From the IMG/VR virus record IMGVR_UViG_3300048008_000449, positions 1 to 64,000 of that record: DNA of 64,000 nt; one strand, written 5' to 3'. Shown one piece after another: positions 1-9,519 of the stretch. Every line of letters starts with the position of its first letter. Position 1 is the first letter of the stretch. The position numbers were made by a program, and so were the translations under genes. The notes beneath the pieces were generated by a model. It had not been told where the DNA came from. It saw nothing but the letters and a program-made list of their open reading frames with translations, and did no database searches.

Positions 1-2
1 AT

Positions 3-185
3 GTTCTAGATAACTTATCAACAGGTGATACATTCTATGTTGGTACAACATCAGGAACTTCAATGACAGTAACAGGTAATATTACTAAGACTCAAATCAG
101 TGGCGATTATTATGATTATTACTTTGATGTAAGTGTAGCACCATCAAGTACAACATACTTTTACGAATATACAGTAGTAGCATAA
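3..185 (+). CDS. 3' end of a gene running in from the left edge; Thr/Ser/Tyr/Val-rich, possibly a virion structural (tail/baseplate-like) protein
   Basis: Open frame 3-185 reads VLDNLSTGDTFYVGTTSGTSMTVTGNITKTQISGDYYDYYFDVSVAPSSTTYFYEYTVVA-stop; beta-strand-like composition; function is inferred only. Confidence 0.55.
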   Translation, partial: VLDNLSTGDTFYVGTTSGTSMTVTGNITKTQISGDYYDYYFDVSVAPSSTTYFYEYTVVA

Positions 186-193
186 TAAATAGA

Positions 194-1024
194 TTATAGA
201 TTTATAATTCTTTTAGCCATGCATAGGTCAGGCTTAACCAAGCTCTCATTTAATATATCAGCTTCAAAACATTGTAGCTTTGTACCAAACACAATTTGAT
301 GTGTTATCCATTGTGCATTAAAGAACCAAATGTCACCTGGATTAAAAGTAATATAATGTAATGGGTGGTGAAATTGATCCCATTGTTGTTCATTCCAAAC
401 ACATCTATTACGCATTTCAGTAATAAATGTATGTATATCGTTTTTGTTTAACTCACCTAAATTAAATTCATCTTTATAATCATAGTACATTTTTTCTAAG
501 TCAGGTCCAAAAGATAACACTCTAGGACGTTTCTTATCTAGTTGTACAAACATACGTATCTGTTGTTCATTGCCTGTATGTTGTTCATCTAGTTCGTCTA
601 GGTGTAGTTTATTTTCTACTAATGTATTGTATCTGTGACTGAGCATACGTTCGGTTGTTTTGTAATGTGGGAATAGCATATCAAATACTTCGTTCCAACC
701 TTGTTGTGATTGTTTATGCTTCTTATGAAACAAGTCTATTTGTTCCTCAGACCAATTACGTTCATCTCTTAATCTATTACGTTTTTTGATATGGCTGTTA
801 TACCATGGCATAATCCATTTATTATCGGGGATAGTCCAATCTGGTAAGTCGTTATAATAATCATAATCAAGTTGTGGAATAGTTAAGTTCTTAATAACCA
901 CTGGCCATCCGCTCTCAAATGCTTCGTATACCTTATAATTATCTGTTAAATCTTCTTTCTTTGCGTCAAACACATTGACAACAAAGTCGTCTCCTGCTAT
1001 AATATCTTTAGCGATTCGGGTCAT
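194..1024 (-). CDS. Kdo-hydroxylase (KdoO)-like Fe(II)/O2-dependent cupin hydroxylase
   Basis: Motifs LHLDE..QIRMFVQLD..RPRVLSFG and FNPGDIWFFNAQWITHQIVFG resemble the KdoO family LHxD..RILRVFxN..PRVW..G / F.PG..W..F.DQV.H pattern; start moved to the ATG at 1024 (GGAG RBS upstream) from the 1186 ORF-track start. Confidence 0.55.
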   Translation of the reverse strand: MTRIAKDIIAGDDFVVNVFDAKKEDLTDNYKVYEAFESGWPVVIKNLTIPQLDYDYYNDLPDWTIPDNKWIMPWYNSHIKKRNRLRDERNWSEEQIDLFHKKHKQSQQGWNEVFDMLFPHYKTTERMLSHRYNTLVENKLHLDELDEQHTGNEQQIRMFVQLDKKRPRVLSFGPDLEKMYYDYKDEFNLGELNKNDIHTFITEMRNRCVWNEQQWDQFHHPLHYITFNPGDIWFFNAQWITHQIVFGTKLQCFEADILNESLVKPDLCMAKRIINL

Positions 1025-1046
1025 ATGTACTCCATTATATATGTAG

Positions 1047-1060
1047 ATAAATATATTTAT
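1047..1060. promoter_or_regulatory. Perfect 14-bp palindrome ATAAATATATTTAT: two back-to-back T4-late-like (TATAAATA-type) motifs between divergent genes
   Basis: Read directly from the sequence; lies between the KdoO-like gene (-) and the first radical SAM gene (+). Confidence 0.5.
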
Positions 1061-1739
1061 GACAGTTGATAATGGTACATATGCTGGTTTAAATATAAAT
1101 TTTATGCGAGTTGGCAGAAGATTTAATGTTGATGCTAGTACCAGATGTAATTTATTATGCCCAGGTTGTACAAGAACACAAGACATGGCGGCTGGAAATC
1201 GTAATTGGGATATAACAGATTTAAAACTTGAATACTTACAAGCATTGTTACATCCTAGAAATAGAATTAGTTGTGTTACTTATAATGGTGCTCTTAGCGA
1301 TCCAATATACAGTGGTACAATGACAGAACAATTGGAATATATTAATACTTTAGAATTTAGACCCAGAGTAATTATTTCAACTAATGGCAGTGGACGTAAT
1401 GAAAAGTGGTGGAAACATTTTTCTAGTTTATTAAGAAAACAAGATTGGCTACAATTTAGCATTGACGGATTAGAAGATACTAATCACATATATAGAGTCA
1501 ATGCAAGATGGAATAGTATTATGGCAGGAGTAAAAACTGTCAGAGAAAATTGCAATGGAAGTCTATGGTGGAGATACGTAGTGTTTGAACACAATTATCA
1601 TCAAGTAGGTAAAGCTAAACAATTAGCTGAGGAGTTGGGATTTGATAAATTTCAACCAATGGTTGGTGATAGAAGAACTCCGGCACATATGTTATTAAAA
1701 AGTGCAACATGGCAAGAGATATTAAATGATATATCCTAG
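1059..1739 (+). CDS. Radical SAM protein, core only (SPASM domain encoded by the next gene)
   Basis: CNLLCPGC (CxxxCxxC), STNG, FSIDGLEDTNHIYR, VFEHNYHQV; paralogous to the N-terminal part of 3469-4530; true start may be slightly downstream. Confidence 0.9.
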   Translation: MTVDNGTYAGLNINFMRVGRRFNVDASTRCNLLCPGCTRTQDMAAGNRNWDITDLKLEYLQALLHPRNRISCVTYNGALSDPIYSGTMTEQLEYINTLEFRPRVIISTNGSGRNEKWWKHFSSLLRKQDWLQFSIDGLEDTNHIYRVNARWNSIMAGVKTVRENCNGSLWWRYVVFEHNYHQVGKAKQLAEELGFDKFQPMVGDRRTPAHMLLKSATWQEILNDIS

Positions 1740-2079
1740 ATGCAAAGTAGTAGGACCAAACGCTAACTCAGAAGCAATGTCAATGAGATTTGACGGCTAT
1801 GTTGTTCCATGTTGTCATATGAATAGTCAACATGCAATGGATAAGTTATCATTGTTCTTGGGTAAAGATGTAAAAAATATACACATTACAAGTGGACATA
1901 GTATAGATGAAATAAATACTAGCAAAGAATATAAACGTATTGAAGATAGTTGGAACACACCTACACCTTTTTCAATTTGTAAAAGTGCATGTGGTAGACC
2001 AGGTGAAATAGGTCCAGACATACATCGCACAGGAACACAATTCGTTCAAAAGACTTTAAACAAGGATACACATGAATAA
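1726..2079 (+). CDS. Stand-alone SPASM/Twitch Fe-S domain protein
   Basis: PRC..MSMRFDGYVVPCCHM..ICKSACG matches the C-terminal SPASM region of 3469-4530 (CPW..QIDPWGTVWPCCHV..CQRTCG). Confidence 0.8.
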   Translation: MIYPRCKVVGPNANSEAMSMRFDGYVVPCCHMNSQHAMDKLSLFLGKDVKNIHITSGHSIDEINTSKEYKRIEDSWNTPTPFSICKSACGRPGEIGPDIHRTGTQFVQKTLNKDTHE

Positions 2080-3139
2080 ATCAGTAAATGCATGGAGCGA
2101 GTTTCAACCGCTAAAAAAAGTAGTGCTTGGCGCTCCGTTTCCACCTGAAACATTTGATTGGCATAAGGACAAAGAGACTCGTGATGTTATGCGTCAGATC
2201 TTTACAGAAACAGCAGAGGACTTACAAGTGCTGGAGGGGATATTAAAGGGCAAAGGTATTGAAGTAATACGTCCAAAGAATATATTTACAATCACAGGTG
2301 AAGAACAGATTCAATTACCATGGATGCATTGTGGTTTTCCAAACCACCCATTAATGCCACGTGATACATTAATGCCATATGGTAATAGTATTTTTGAACT
2401 GTTTACAGGTAGCGATAATCGCTACTTTGAAAATCTCGCATATTACGATCATTGTAGTAAATGGTTTCGTGAAGGTGCAGATTGGGTTAGTATGCCAGGA
2501 GTACTAGTAGAGAGTGGTAAAAAATACGACCACTTTGTAAAAAACGATCGACTGCTTTATCATGCGGCTAATATGATAAAGTGTGGACGCCACGTTTTGT
2601 TTAGCCAACCTTACGAGGGAGACAATAAACGAGGCAGAGGAACGGCACTGGGCCGCGAATGGATTCAACGTGAAATAAAGTTGCGATATCCAGACACCCA
2701 ATTTTTGGACATACCAGTAGGAGGACACATCGACGGAAAAATAGCTCTACTAAAACCTGGCGTACTGATGACCTGGAATAAAAACTGGGTACCAGAAGAA
2801 ATGAAAAACTGGACTATTATTGAAGTAGATGATGACTTTGATATGCCCGAAGACTTTCAACAAACTCGTAAGCGTAGATTTCATAAAGAATATGTAAGCA
2901 AGTGGTTAGAGCATTGGGTAGGTTGTCCAGATGAAAGTGTGTTTGATGTTAATGTATTATCATTAGATGAAAGCACAGTTATTTGTACAGGAAAAAACGA
3001 ACAAGCATTTGCTGAAATGGAAGCACACGGCATTGAACCAATTTACTGGAATTTTAGACATCAGTATTTTTGGGATGGTGGCATTCACTGTTTAACAAGT
3101 GATATAGTTAGAGAAGGAGATTGTGAGAGTTATGTATAA
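2072..3139 (+). CDS. Amidinotransferase (arginine:glycine / inosamine-phosphate amidinotransferase family, pentein fold)
   Basis: NAWSEFQPLKKVVLG, PRD, GHIDG, GGIHCLTSD with the catalytic Asp/His/Cys pattern. Confidence 0.88.
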   Translation: MNKSVNAWSEFQPLKKVVLGAPFPPETFDWHKDKETRDVMRQIFTETAEDLQVLEGILKGKGIEVIRPKNIFTITGEEQIQLPWMHCGFPNHPLMPRDTLMPYGNSIFELFTGSDNRYFENLAYYDHCSKWFREGADWVSMPGVLVESGKKYDHFVKNDRLLYHAANMIKCGRHVLFSQPYEGDNKRGRGTALGREWIQREIKLRYPDTQFLDIPVGGHIDGKIALLKPGVLMTWNKNWVPEEMKNWTIIEVDDDFDMPEDFQQTRKRRFHKEYVSKWLEHWVGCPDESVFDVNVLSLDESTVICTGKNEQAFAEMEAHGIEPIYWNFRHQYFWDGGIHCLTSDIVREGDCESYV

Positions 3140-3476
3140 TCATTTAAAAAATTACATTGGAATATATCTATTAGCAATGGTATGTTTTCTAATATATGCA
3201 TCTGAACCAACAGATGAAATACCAGTTTGGATATGGTATCTTTTCATTCCAGTAGTTTTATGGAAAACGCCACCGTTTAATATTGGTGATTGGTTTTGGG
3301 GTAAAGTAGCAAGTTTTTGGATGTGGATATTGAAACCATTTACAAGATGGCAAAACACTTGGCCTACATGGGTAAAGTATGTGTTTGGTATTGTACTTAT
3401 TATATTGTTTGAAGAATATATTTTAAAGCCAGCAGGCTACACAATGTATCCTTGGAGAATAGATTTTAATGGCTGA
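3132..3476 (+). CDS. Small Trp-rich integral membrane protein, unknown function
   Basis: Several hydrophobic aromatic-rich segments; ATG at 3132 overlaps the upstream stop like neighbouring genes. Confidence 0.65.
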   Translation: MYNHLKNYIGIYLLAMVCFLIYASEPTDEIPVWIWYLFIPVVLWKTPPFNIGDWFWGKVASFWMWILKPFTRWQNTWPTWVKYVFGIVLIILFEEYILKPAGYTMYPWRIDFNG

Positions 3477-4530
3477 TATAATGGAATGGCATAAAAATGT
3501 TACTTCATTGCAGTTTGACATTAGTAGTCATTGCAATGCACGTTGCGGTGCATGTGTAAGAAACAAAGATGGCGGGGAAACTGAATCAAATTTAGAACTA
3601 GCACATTTTGATTTTGACTTATGGAAACGTATAGCATATGAAGATACTAAACGTTGGTATATACATAGACTAAATCTAAATGGAAATTGGGGCGATCCAA
3701 TGATGCATCCAAAATTAGTAGAAATGATGGAAGTATGGTTAGATGCACACCCAAGAAGTACACCATCAATTGCAACAAATGGAAGTATGAGAGGACCAAA
3801 GTTTTGGCATGACTTAGCTAGTGTAATGCATCACTTTCCAAATCATAAAGTAGACTTCTCAATTGATGGAATGGGAGACACACATAGCATATATCGTAGA
3901 CGTACAGACTTTAATAAAATTTGTGAAAATGTAAAATCGTTTTCCGAAGCAGGCGGGCATGCTACAATACAATTTACAATGTTTGAACATAACGAACATC
4001 AGCATAAAGAAGTTGAAGATTTAGCAAGGTCGTTAGGAGCAATGCAACTTGTTAAACGTAGAAGTCATTCTTCAAATATGGTTATAAAAGATAAAGATGA
4101 AGAATATAAAATAACAGCAACTGAAGGTATTCCAGAAGAAAGAATAAAATTAAAAGATGATAGAATTGAAAGTACAAATCCACACAAAGTACATATATTA
4201 GAAGCAAGTGATATGTATGATACTTATTTGAACACTTCAGAAAAACAAAAAACAAAATGTCCTTGGTACAATGCACAAGAGATTCAAATTGATCCTTGGG
4301 GTACAGTTTGGCCATGTTGTCATGTTAGTCTATTTGGAGTTCATTTAGAAAAGCATAATATTGCTAATGAAGTAGATGAAACATTTGTACAGGCTAGAAA
4401 AGATAATAATTTAAAAGATAGTTCTTTGTATGATATATTAAAGTCTGATTGGTATAACGAACATGTTAAGTTAAGCGTCAAAGGCGCAAAATGGAAAACA
4501 TGTCAACGAACATGTGGAGTTGAAGCATAA
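3469..4530 (+). CDS. Radical SAM protein with C-terminal SPASM/Twitch domain
   Basis: CNARCGAC, NGNWGDPM in place of GGEP, ATNG, FSIDG; C-terminal C..PCC..C...C. Confidence 0.92.
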   Translation: MADIMEWHKNVTSLQFDISSHCNARCGACVRNKDGGETESNLELAHFDFDLWKRIAYEDTKRWYIHRLNLNGNWGDPMMHPKLVEMMEVWLDAHPRSTPSIATNGSMRGPKFWHDLASVMHHFPNHKVDFSIDGMGDTHSIYRRRTDFNKICENVKSFSEAGGHATIQFTMFEHNEHQHKEVEDLARSLGAMQLVKRRSHSSNMVIKDKDEEYKITATEGIPEERIKLKDDRIESTNPHKVHILEASDMYDTYLNTSEKQKTKCPWYNAQEIQIDPWGTVWPCCHVSLFGVHLEKHNIANEVDETFVQARKDNNLKDSSLYDILKSDWYNEHVKLSVKGAKWKTCQRTCGVEA

Positions 4531-5780
4531 TGTATAAAAATCCTATGTTAGATGATCATAGATTCCCTACATGTTTAGCACCATGGAACGCATTAACTAT
4601 TAAGTGGGGCGGTGCAGTATTGCCTGACATTATTTACAATGGCAAGTTTGGAAACATTACAAGACAAACATTACCAGAGATATTAAACAGTGAAGAAGCA
4701 GTAGCATTGCGTAAGTCGCATGCAAGTAGAATAGTTCCAGAAGCATGTTTAGCATGTACCAAAAAAGAACAAAGCGGTAAAAGTCGTAGAATGTATTTTT
4801 GGGATAAACTTGATGTCGATGTTAAAAAAGGAAGTATTAAGAACACAGCAAACAGTAAGCCTGACATACGTTATTTAGATTTTACAATCAGTAATAAATG
4901 TAATTTAGCATGCATACATTGTAATCCTTTTGTAAGTACAGGGTGGACCAAAGATGGAAAGAAACTAAACAAAGAAAAGCCAGACTATTGGAAACAAGCA
5001 CAAATAGGATATCACGGTGTAGAAGATATGACATTCCTTGATAACTTGTTTGCTGATCCAGACTATTTTCGTAACCTACAGTGGGTAGCATTAAGAGGCG
5101 GAGAGCCATTGTATGATGAGAGTTGTAAAGCAATATTACAGTGGTTTATTGATCAAGGACTAGCAAAGAATATTATGCTAGACATTAGTACAAATGCTAC
5201 AGTTTTCGATGATGACTTTCAGGAGATATTTAAACACTTTAAGCATATTGAATTGCTTATCAGTATTGAAGCAGTAGATGAATTATACAGTGTAGTACGA
5301 GGAGGATCGTATACATTTAAAGAATTAGAAGAAAACATAGAAAAGTTTTATACATATCCTAACATTGAAGTTGTGTTTGCAGTAACAGTTATGTTAACAA
5401 ACGTATTTGGGTTAGACAAAGTATGGGACTGGTTTAAAGAAAAACACATGCATAGAGCAAGTATAAGCATGAGTAATGTTGTAGTTAATCCTACATATTT
5501 AAATATTGCATACATGCCAGATGTGTTAAAATATATTATGTATGATAAGCTATTGTCTATTCCAGATCAAAGCATTTGGCCTAAAGGCAGTTATCATGTA
5601 GACGAAATACATTACCAAACTGGAATACATGCTATCAGAGATGGATTACAAGTTGAGGTAAACGAAAAAGAACAAGAAAAGCAATGGGATTGGTTTGTCA
5701 AGTATACAAAAGACTTAGACAGATTACGTGGAACAAACACGTTTGAATTAATAAAGGAGTTAAAATTATATGAACAGTAA
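4530..5780 (+). CDS. Radical SAM protein with N-terminal SPASM/Twitch-like domain
   Basis: N-terminal CLAPWNAL..CLAC; CNLACIHC; GGEP; STNA; SIEA..YSVVRG. Confidence 0.93.
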   Translation: MYKNPMLDDHRFPTCLAPWNALTIKWGGAVLPDIIYNGKFGNITRQTLPEILNSEEAVALRKSHASRIVPEACLACTKKEQSGKSRRMYFWDKLDVDVKKGSIKNTANSKPDIRYLDFTISNKCNLACIHCNPFVSTGWTKDGKKLNKEKPDYWKQAQIGYHGVEDMTFLDNLFADPDYFRNLQWVALRGGEPLYDESCKAILQWFIDQGLAKNIMLDISTNATVFDDDFQEIFKHFKHIELLISIEAVDELYSVVRGGSYTFKELEENIEKFYTYPNIEVVFAVTVMLTNVFGLDKVWDWFKEKHMHRASISMSNVVVNPTYLNIAYMPDVLKYIMYDKLLSIPDQSIWPKGSYHVDEIHYQTGIHAIRDGLQVEVNEKEQEKQWDWFVKYTKDLDRLRGTNTFELIKELKLYEQ

Positions 5781-6708
5781 CCCAGATTTTGGTACCAGTG
5801 GCAACAGCGTCTGGAATCAACAATATTTTGATTTTTTAAATGAAACATTCTTTCCTAAAATTGATATCACTACAATTGCTGATGAATCAAATATTATGCT
5901 TGATAGATATCAAGGATGGATAGAAAGTAGTACATTAAATAAATTTAAAGGACTAGACGCATTTCCAATGCGTTATGCAAGCGTTGGTACTACGCAAGCG
6001 TTAGATTGGTGGCATTATTATTGTGCAGTTAACAACATGGATCTAAAAATGTTTAGAGGAGAGTACCCATATCATAGAGATGCATACTTACAAACTCATT
6101 TGGGTTGGGATGATTGTATTGAAGATTGTGGATTAATTGCAGGTGATGCAGTTGTAGTAAGTGTTCCATTTAGTGCAACAGGCAGACTTCCAATACAATG
6201 GGAAGACTTAATGAAAACATGTAACAGACTAAAGATTCCAGTGTTTGTTGATTGTGCATGGTTTGGAACTTGCTTTGGTATTACTGTTAACTTAGATGAA
6301 CCATGTATTAAAATGGTTGCATTTAGTACAACAAAAGGACTTAGTTGTGGTAACTGGCGTGCAGGTATTGTGTTTAGTAAAGTAAACGAAAAAGACTTTA
6401 AACGTGCTACTGATGGTAGCTTAGAAACACAAACAGATTGGAATCATGGTAATCATCTTAATACTGCTATTGCTAACAGATTAATGGCAGAGTTTTCACC
6501 AGATACTATTCCTAAAAAATATATGGCATCGCACATGGCAGTATGTAAACATTATGGATTAATTCCTACACAAACTGTACATATTGCAGAAGGTGCTCGT
6601 GGAACTGAATGGGACGTATTTCATAGAGATGAAACATACAATAGAATTAATATTTCAAAAGCATTGAAGCGACACAAGAACAAGGGAAACTTTTATGACA
6701 ACATATGA
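5770..6708 (+). CDS. PLP-dependent transferase (fold-type I, aminotransferase-like)
   Basis: VFVDCAWFG (DxA aromatic) and FSTTKGLSCGNWRAG (S.SK..G.R.G PLP-lysine motif). Confidence 0.75.
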   Translation: MNSNPDFGTSGNSVWNQQYFDFLNETFFPKIDITTIADESNIMLDRYQGWIESSTLNKFKGLDAFPMRYASVGTTQALDWWHYYCAVNNMDLKMFRGEYPYHRDAYLQTHLGWDDCIEDCGLIAGDAVVVSVPFSATGRLPIQWEDLMKTCNRLKIPVFVDCAWFGTCFGITVNLDEPCIKMVAFSTTKGLSCGNWRAGIVFSKVNEKDFKRATDGSLETQTDWNHGNHLNTAIANRLMAEFSPDTIPKKYMASHMAVCKHYGLIPTQTVHIAEGARGTEWDVFHRDETYNRINISKALKRHKNKGNFYDNI

Positions 6709-7147
6709 TGATCCTATTAACATAACAACTAAAGGACAATATCCAATTAGAGCCCATATGGTATTTAATAACATGGGTCCAGAAAACTGTGAAGATATCC
6801 TTTGGCAGAATGTAATAGATTCAACAAGTAATCTTGAAGGAAACGAAATAGGTGTAAGTGTAACACAGAGTTATCAATATACAAAGTTAAATGACGATCC
6901 AACTATTATGGTTAGATGGCAAGGTATTAAGACTACAAATGGTAATGAATTTAGAATTGGTCTAGGAAAAGGAATACCAGCAGATAAAAGAACACCACCT
7001 ATAATGTCTGGCAATATGAAAACCGGAGTGCAAGTCAATAGTACACTATCTATACAATCAGTAAAACTAGGTTGTGTAAATGGAGAGTTTGCAATTGAAA
7101 AAGATGGCAAATGGTATGCTATTCAAATAGGAGAAGCTATTGAATAA
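6695..7147 (+). CDS. Hypothetical beta-rich protein with no enzyme motif recognised
   Basis: 150-aa ORF overlapping both neighbours; no motif recognised. Confidence 0.7.
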   Translation: MTTYDDPINITTKGQYPIRAHMVFNNMGPENCEDILWQNVIDSTSNLEGNEIGVSVTQSYQYTKLNDDPTIMVRWQGIKTTNGNEFRIGLGKGIPADKRTPPIMSGNMKTGVQVNSTLSIQSVKLGCVNGEFAIEKDGKWYAIQIGEAIE

Positions 7148-8276
7148 ACTTCCTAGTAATGCTTGTGTGTATCCATTCAAAGCTGAAATGCTTATGCATG
7201 GACAACCTGCGACTCCTTGTTGTAGGTTTCATACTAGATTTTTAAAAGGAAAAGGTTTTAACGAAATACGTGAAACTATGATGCGTAATGAATGGCACCC
7301 AGGTTGTTATAAATGTAAATCAGATGAAGAAGTTAAAGGTAGCAGTATGAGAACTGAGGCTGACGAATTCTTTGATGACTTTACAGACACTGTACGTTTA
7401 GAGTACTTAGAAATAACAGTGGGTAGACTTTGCAATTTAGCATGTTTAAGTTGTGGAAGTGAATTCAGTCATACATGGGACAAAGACGAAATAGCATTGG
7501 GAATAAGTAGCGAAGACAAAATTAAAAAATTAAAAGAAGTACAAGAATATGATTTAGATAATTTAGATTTAAATAATTTAAAGCATGTTAAATTTATTAA
7601 AGTAACAGGTGGTGAACCATTTTTACACAAACAGTTTTTAAATCTTATAGTTAGGTTAGCGGACAGTGAACTAGCAGGACAAATTAGCTTAGAGATATTT
7701 ACAAATTGTACATGGTATCCAGCCAAACTTGAACTAGATGCATTAATGAAATTTAAACATATACAACTAAGTCCTAGCATAGATGGTGTAGGTAGTACAA
7801 ATGACTTACTACGTTACCCATCTAAGTGGGAAAAAATAGAAGCTACACTTGACAAGTGGATTGAACTTAGAGACGCTACAGGACGCTTAAATATAGCTAC
7901 AGCCACCACTGTAAGCGTTATTAACGCTCCACAGCTACATGAGTTTATACATTGGGCAAGAGTGCATAAAGGAATAGGAGTTATACTACAGACGGTATAT
8001 GAGCCACACTATATGAGTGTAGAGCATTGGCCAGATTGGTATAAACAAACATTAGATATGATTGTTGAACAGCAATTTTCAGGGTTCAACAAAAATGCAG
8101 GTAAATTTAAGACTGCATATAAACTTTTAAAGAAGCTATGCAAATCGCATAGTAAAAAAGACAATAGTATTATGTATAAGACAGAACTAAAACATATACT
8201 GAAACACCGAGGCCAAGACATTAGTATGGCACCAAAATTTAAGAATATATTAGAGTATCATGATAAACAAGGATAA
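7140..8276 (+). CDS. Radical SAM protein with N-terminal SPASM/Twitch-like domain
   Basis: ACVYPF..PCCRF..CYKC; CNLACLSC; TGGEPF; FTN; SIDG. Confidence 0.93.
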   Translation: MNKLPSNACVYPFKAEMLMHGQPATPCCRFHTRFLKGKGFNEIRETMMRNEWHPGCYKCKSDEEVKGSSMRTEADEFFDDFTDTVRLEYLEITVGRLCNLACLSCGSEFSHTWDKDEIALGISSEDKIKKLKEVQEYDLDNLDLNNLKHVKFIKVTGGEPFLHKQFLNLIVRLADSELAGQISLEIFTNCTWYPAKLELDALMKFKHIQLSPSIDGVGSTNDLLRYPSKWEKIEATLDKWIELRDATGRLNIATATTVSVINAPQLHEFIHWARVHKGIGVILQTVYEPHYMSVEHWPDWYKQTLDMIVEQQFSGFNKNAGKFKTAYKLLKKLCKSHSKKDNSIMYKTELKHILKHRGQDISMAPKFKNILEYHDKQG

Positions 8277-9519
8277 ACTAAAGAAAAGCAAAACATTCTG
8301 CATGCTACCGTTTATGCATATTTACGGAACAGCAGGCGGAGACATTGTGCCGTGTTGTGAGGCACAAGAAATCCCATTGAATAAACCAGGGGAGACAGCT
8401 CTTGAAAGCTGGAATAACGAAAACTATAAAGAGCTAAGACGGGCTTTGGCAGAGGACGAAAGACCAGAACGTTGTAATGTGTGCTGGCACTTAGAGGATA
8501 GCGGCATTGTAAGCAACCGTCAACAATGGGAAAAAGACAACTGGAAAGACTTCAGTGACAAAGTTAAAGTCAATGATGATTTCAGTGTTGATAATAAACC
8601 TATGTGGGTAGAACTTAAAGTAAGTAACTTTTGCAATTTAAAATGTATTATGTGCAGTACACATAGTAGTTATAAACGTGTAAAAGACTTAGATATTATT
8701 AAGAAGTATACAAAAGATGGCTACGAAACTAGACTTTTACGACCTACGGATTTATTCGCAAGTTTAAATGAATGGCCTGATCTATGGGATAATGTTCACA
8801 CACTACAATTTACAGGGGGTGAACCAATCATTAATCAAGAGCATTATGACTTACTAGAAGGAATACCCACAGAAGTTAAATCAAAAATTAAATTACGTTA
8901 TGCAACAAATATAAGTCATATTAAATTTAAAAAATACGACTTAGTTGAAATGTGGAGACAATTTAAACATGTTAACATTAAAGTAAGCATGGATGGCGTT
9001 GAAGAAGTATACAATTATATTAGACAAGATGGTGATTGGGATACAGTATATAACAATATGCTTGTTCTTAATGCAGAACCAACAATAGATCTTGCTGTTG
9101 GTATAACAGTGCAATCTCATAACATTTATCATATGCCAGAGTTTTATCAATTTTGGAAAGAAAGTCCAATTGAATTAAAGTTTATTACAGCCAACGTATT
9201 ACAAACGCCAAAGTATCTAAGACCAAACTTATGGCCTCAACCATATAGAACTAAAATAATTGATAGACTAAGAGAAGCATATGAATGGTATCCAGAAATG
9301 GAAAGGTTTATAACGTACATGGAAAATAATCCACCAGATGAATTAAACTATACCAAGATGAGAAAATATACTAGAGATCTTGAAAACAGGTATCCCAAAG
9401 ATACTACACTAAAGTCAATGATAAAAGATCATTTAGGAATAAAACTGGAAGGAATGGACGAGGTCGATCAGCGAGTGAAAGATCAAGAAGCAGCATTTTT
9501 TAAAGGATTCAAACGATGA
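8260..9519 (+). CDS. Radical SAM protein with N-terminal SPASM/Twitch-like domain
   Basis: FCMLPFMH..PCC..CNVC; CNLKCIMC; TGGEP; YATN; SMDG..YIR. Confidence 0.94.
   Translation: MINKDKLKKSKTFCMLPFMHIYGTAGGDIVPCCEAQEIPLNKPGETALESWNNENYKELRRALAEDERPERCNVCWHLEDSGIVSNRQQWEKDNWKDFSDKVKVNDDFSVDNKPMWVELKVSNFCNLKCIMCSTHSSYKRVKDLDIIKKYTKDGYETRLLRPTDLFASLNEWPDLWDNVHTLQFTGGEPIINQEHYDLLEGIPTEVKSKIKLRYATNISHIKFKKYDLVEMWRQFKHVNIKVSMDGVEEVYNYIRQDGDWDTVYNNMLVLNAEPTIDLAVGITVQSHNIYHMPEFYQFWKESPIELKFITANVLQTPKYLRPNLWPQPYRTKIIDRLREAYEWYPEMERFITYMENNPPDELNYTKMRKYTRDLENRYPKDTTLKSMIKDHLGIKLEGMDEVDQRVKDQEAAFFKGFKR

Noticed and set aside
194-1186. ORF-track 330-aa length for the first minus-strand gene
   Set aside because: The extra 54 codons overlap the divergent rSAM gene; the ATG at 1024 has a GGAG RBS
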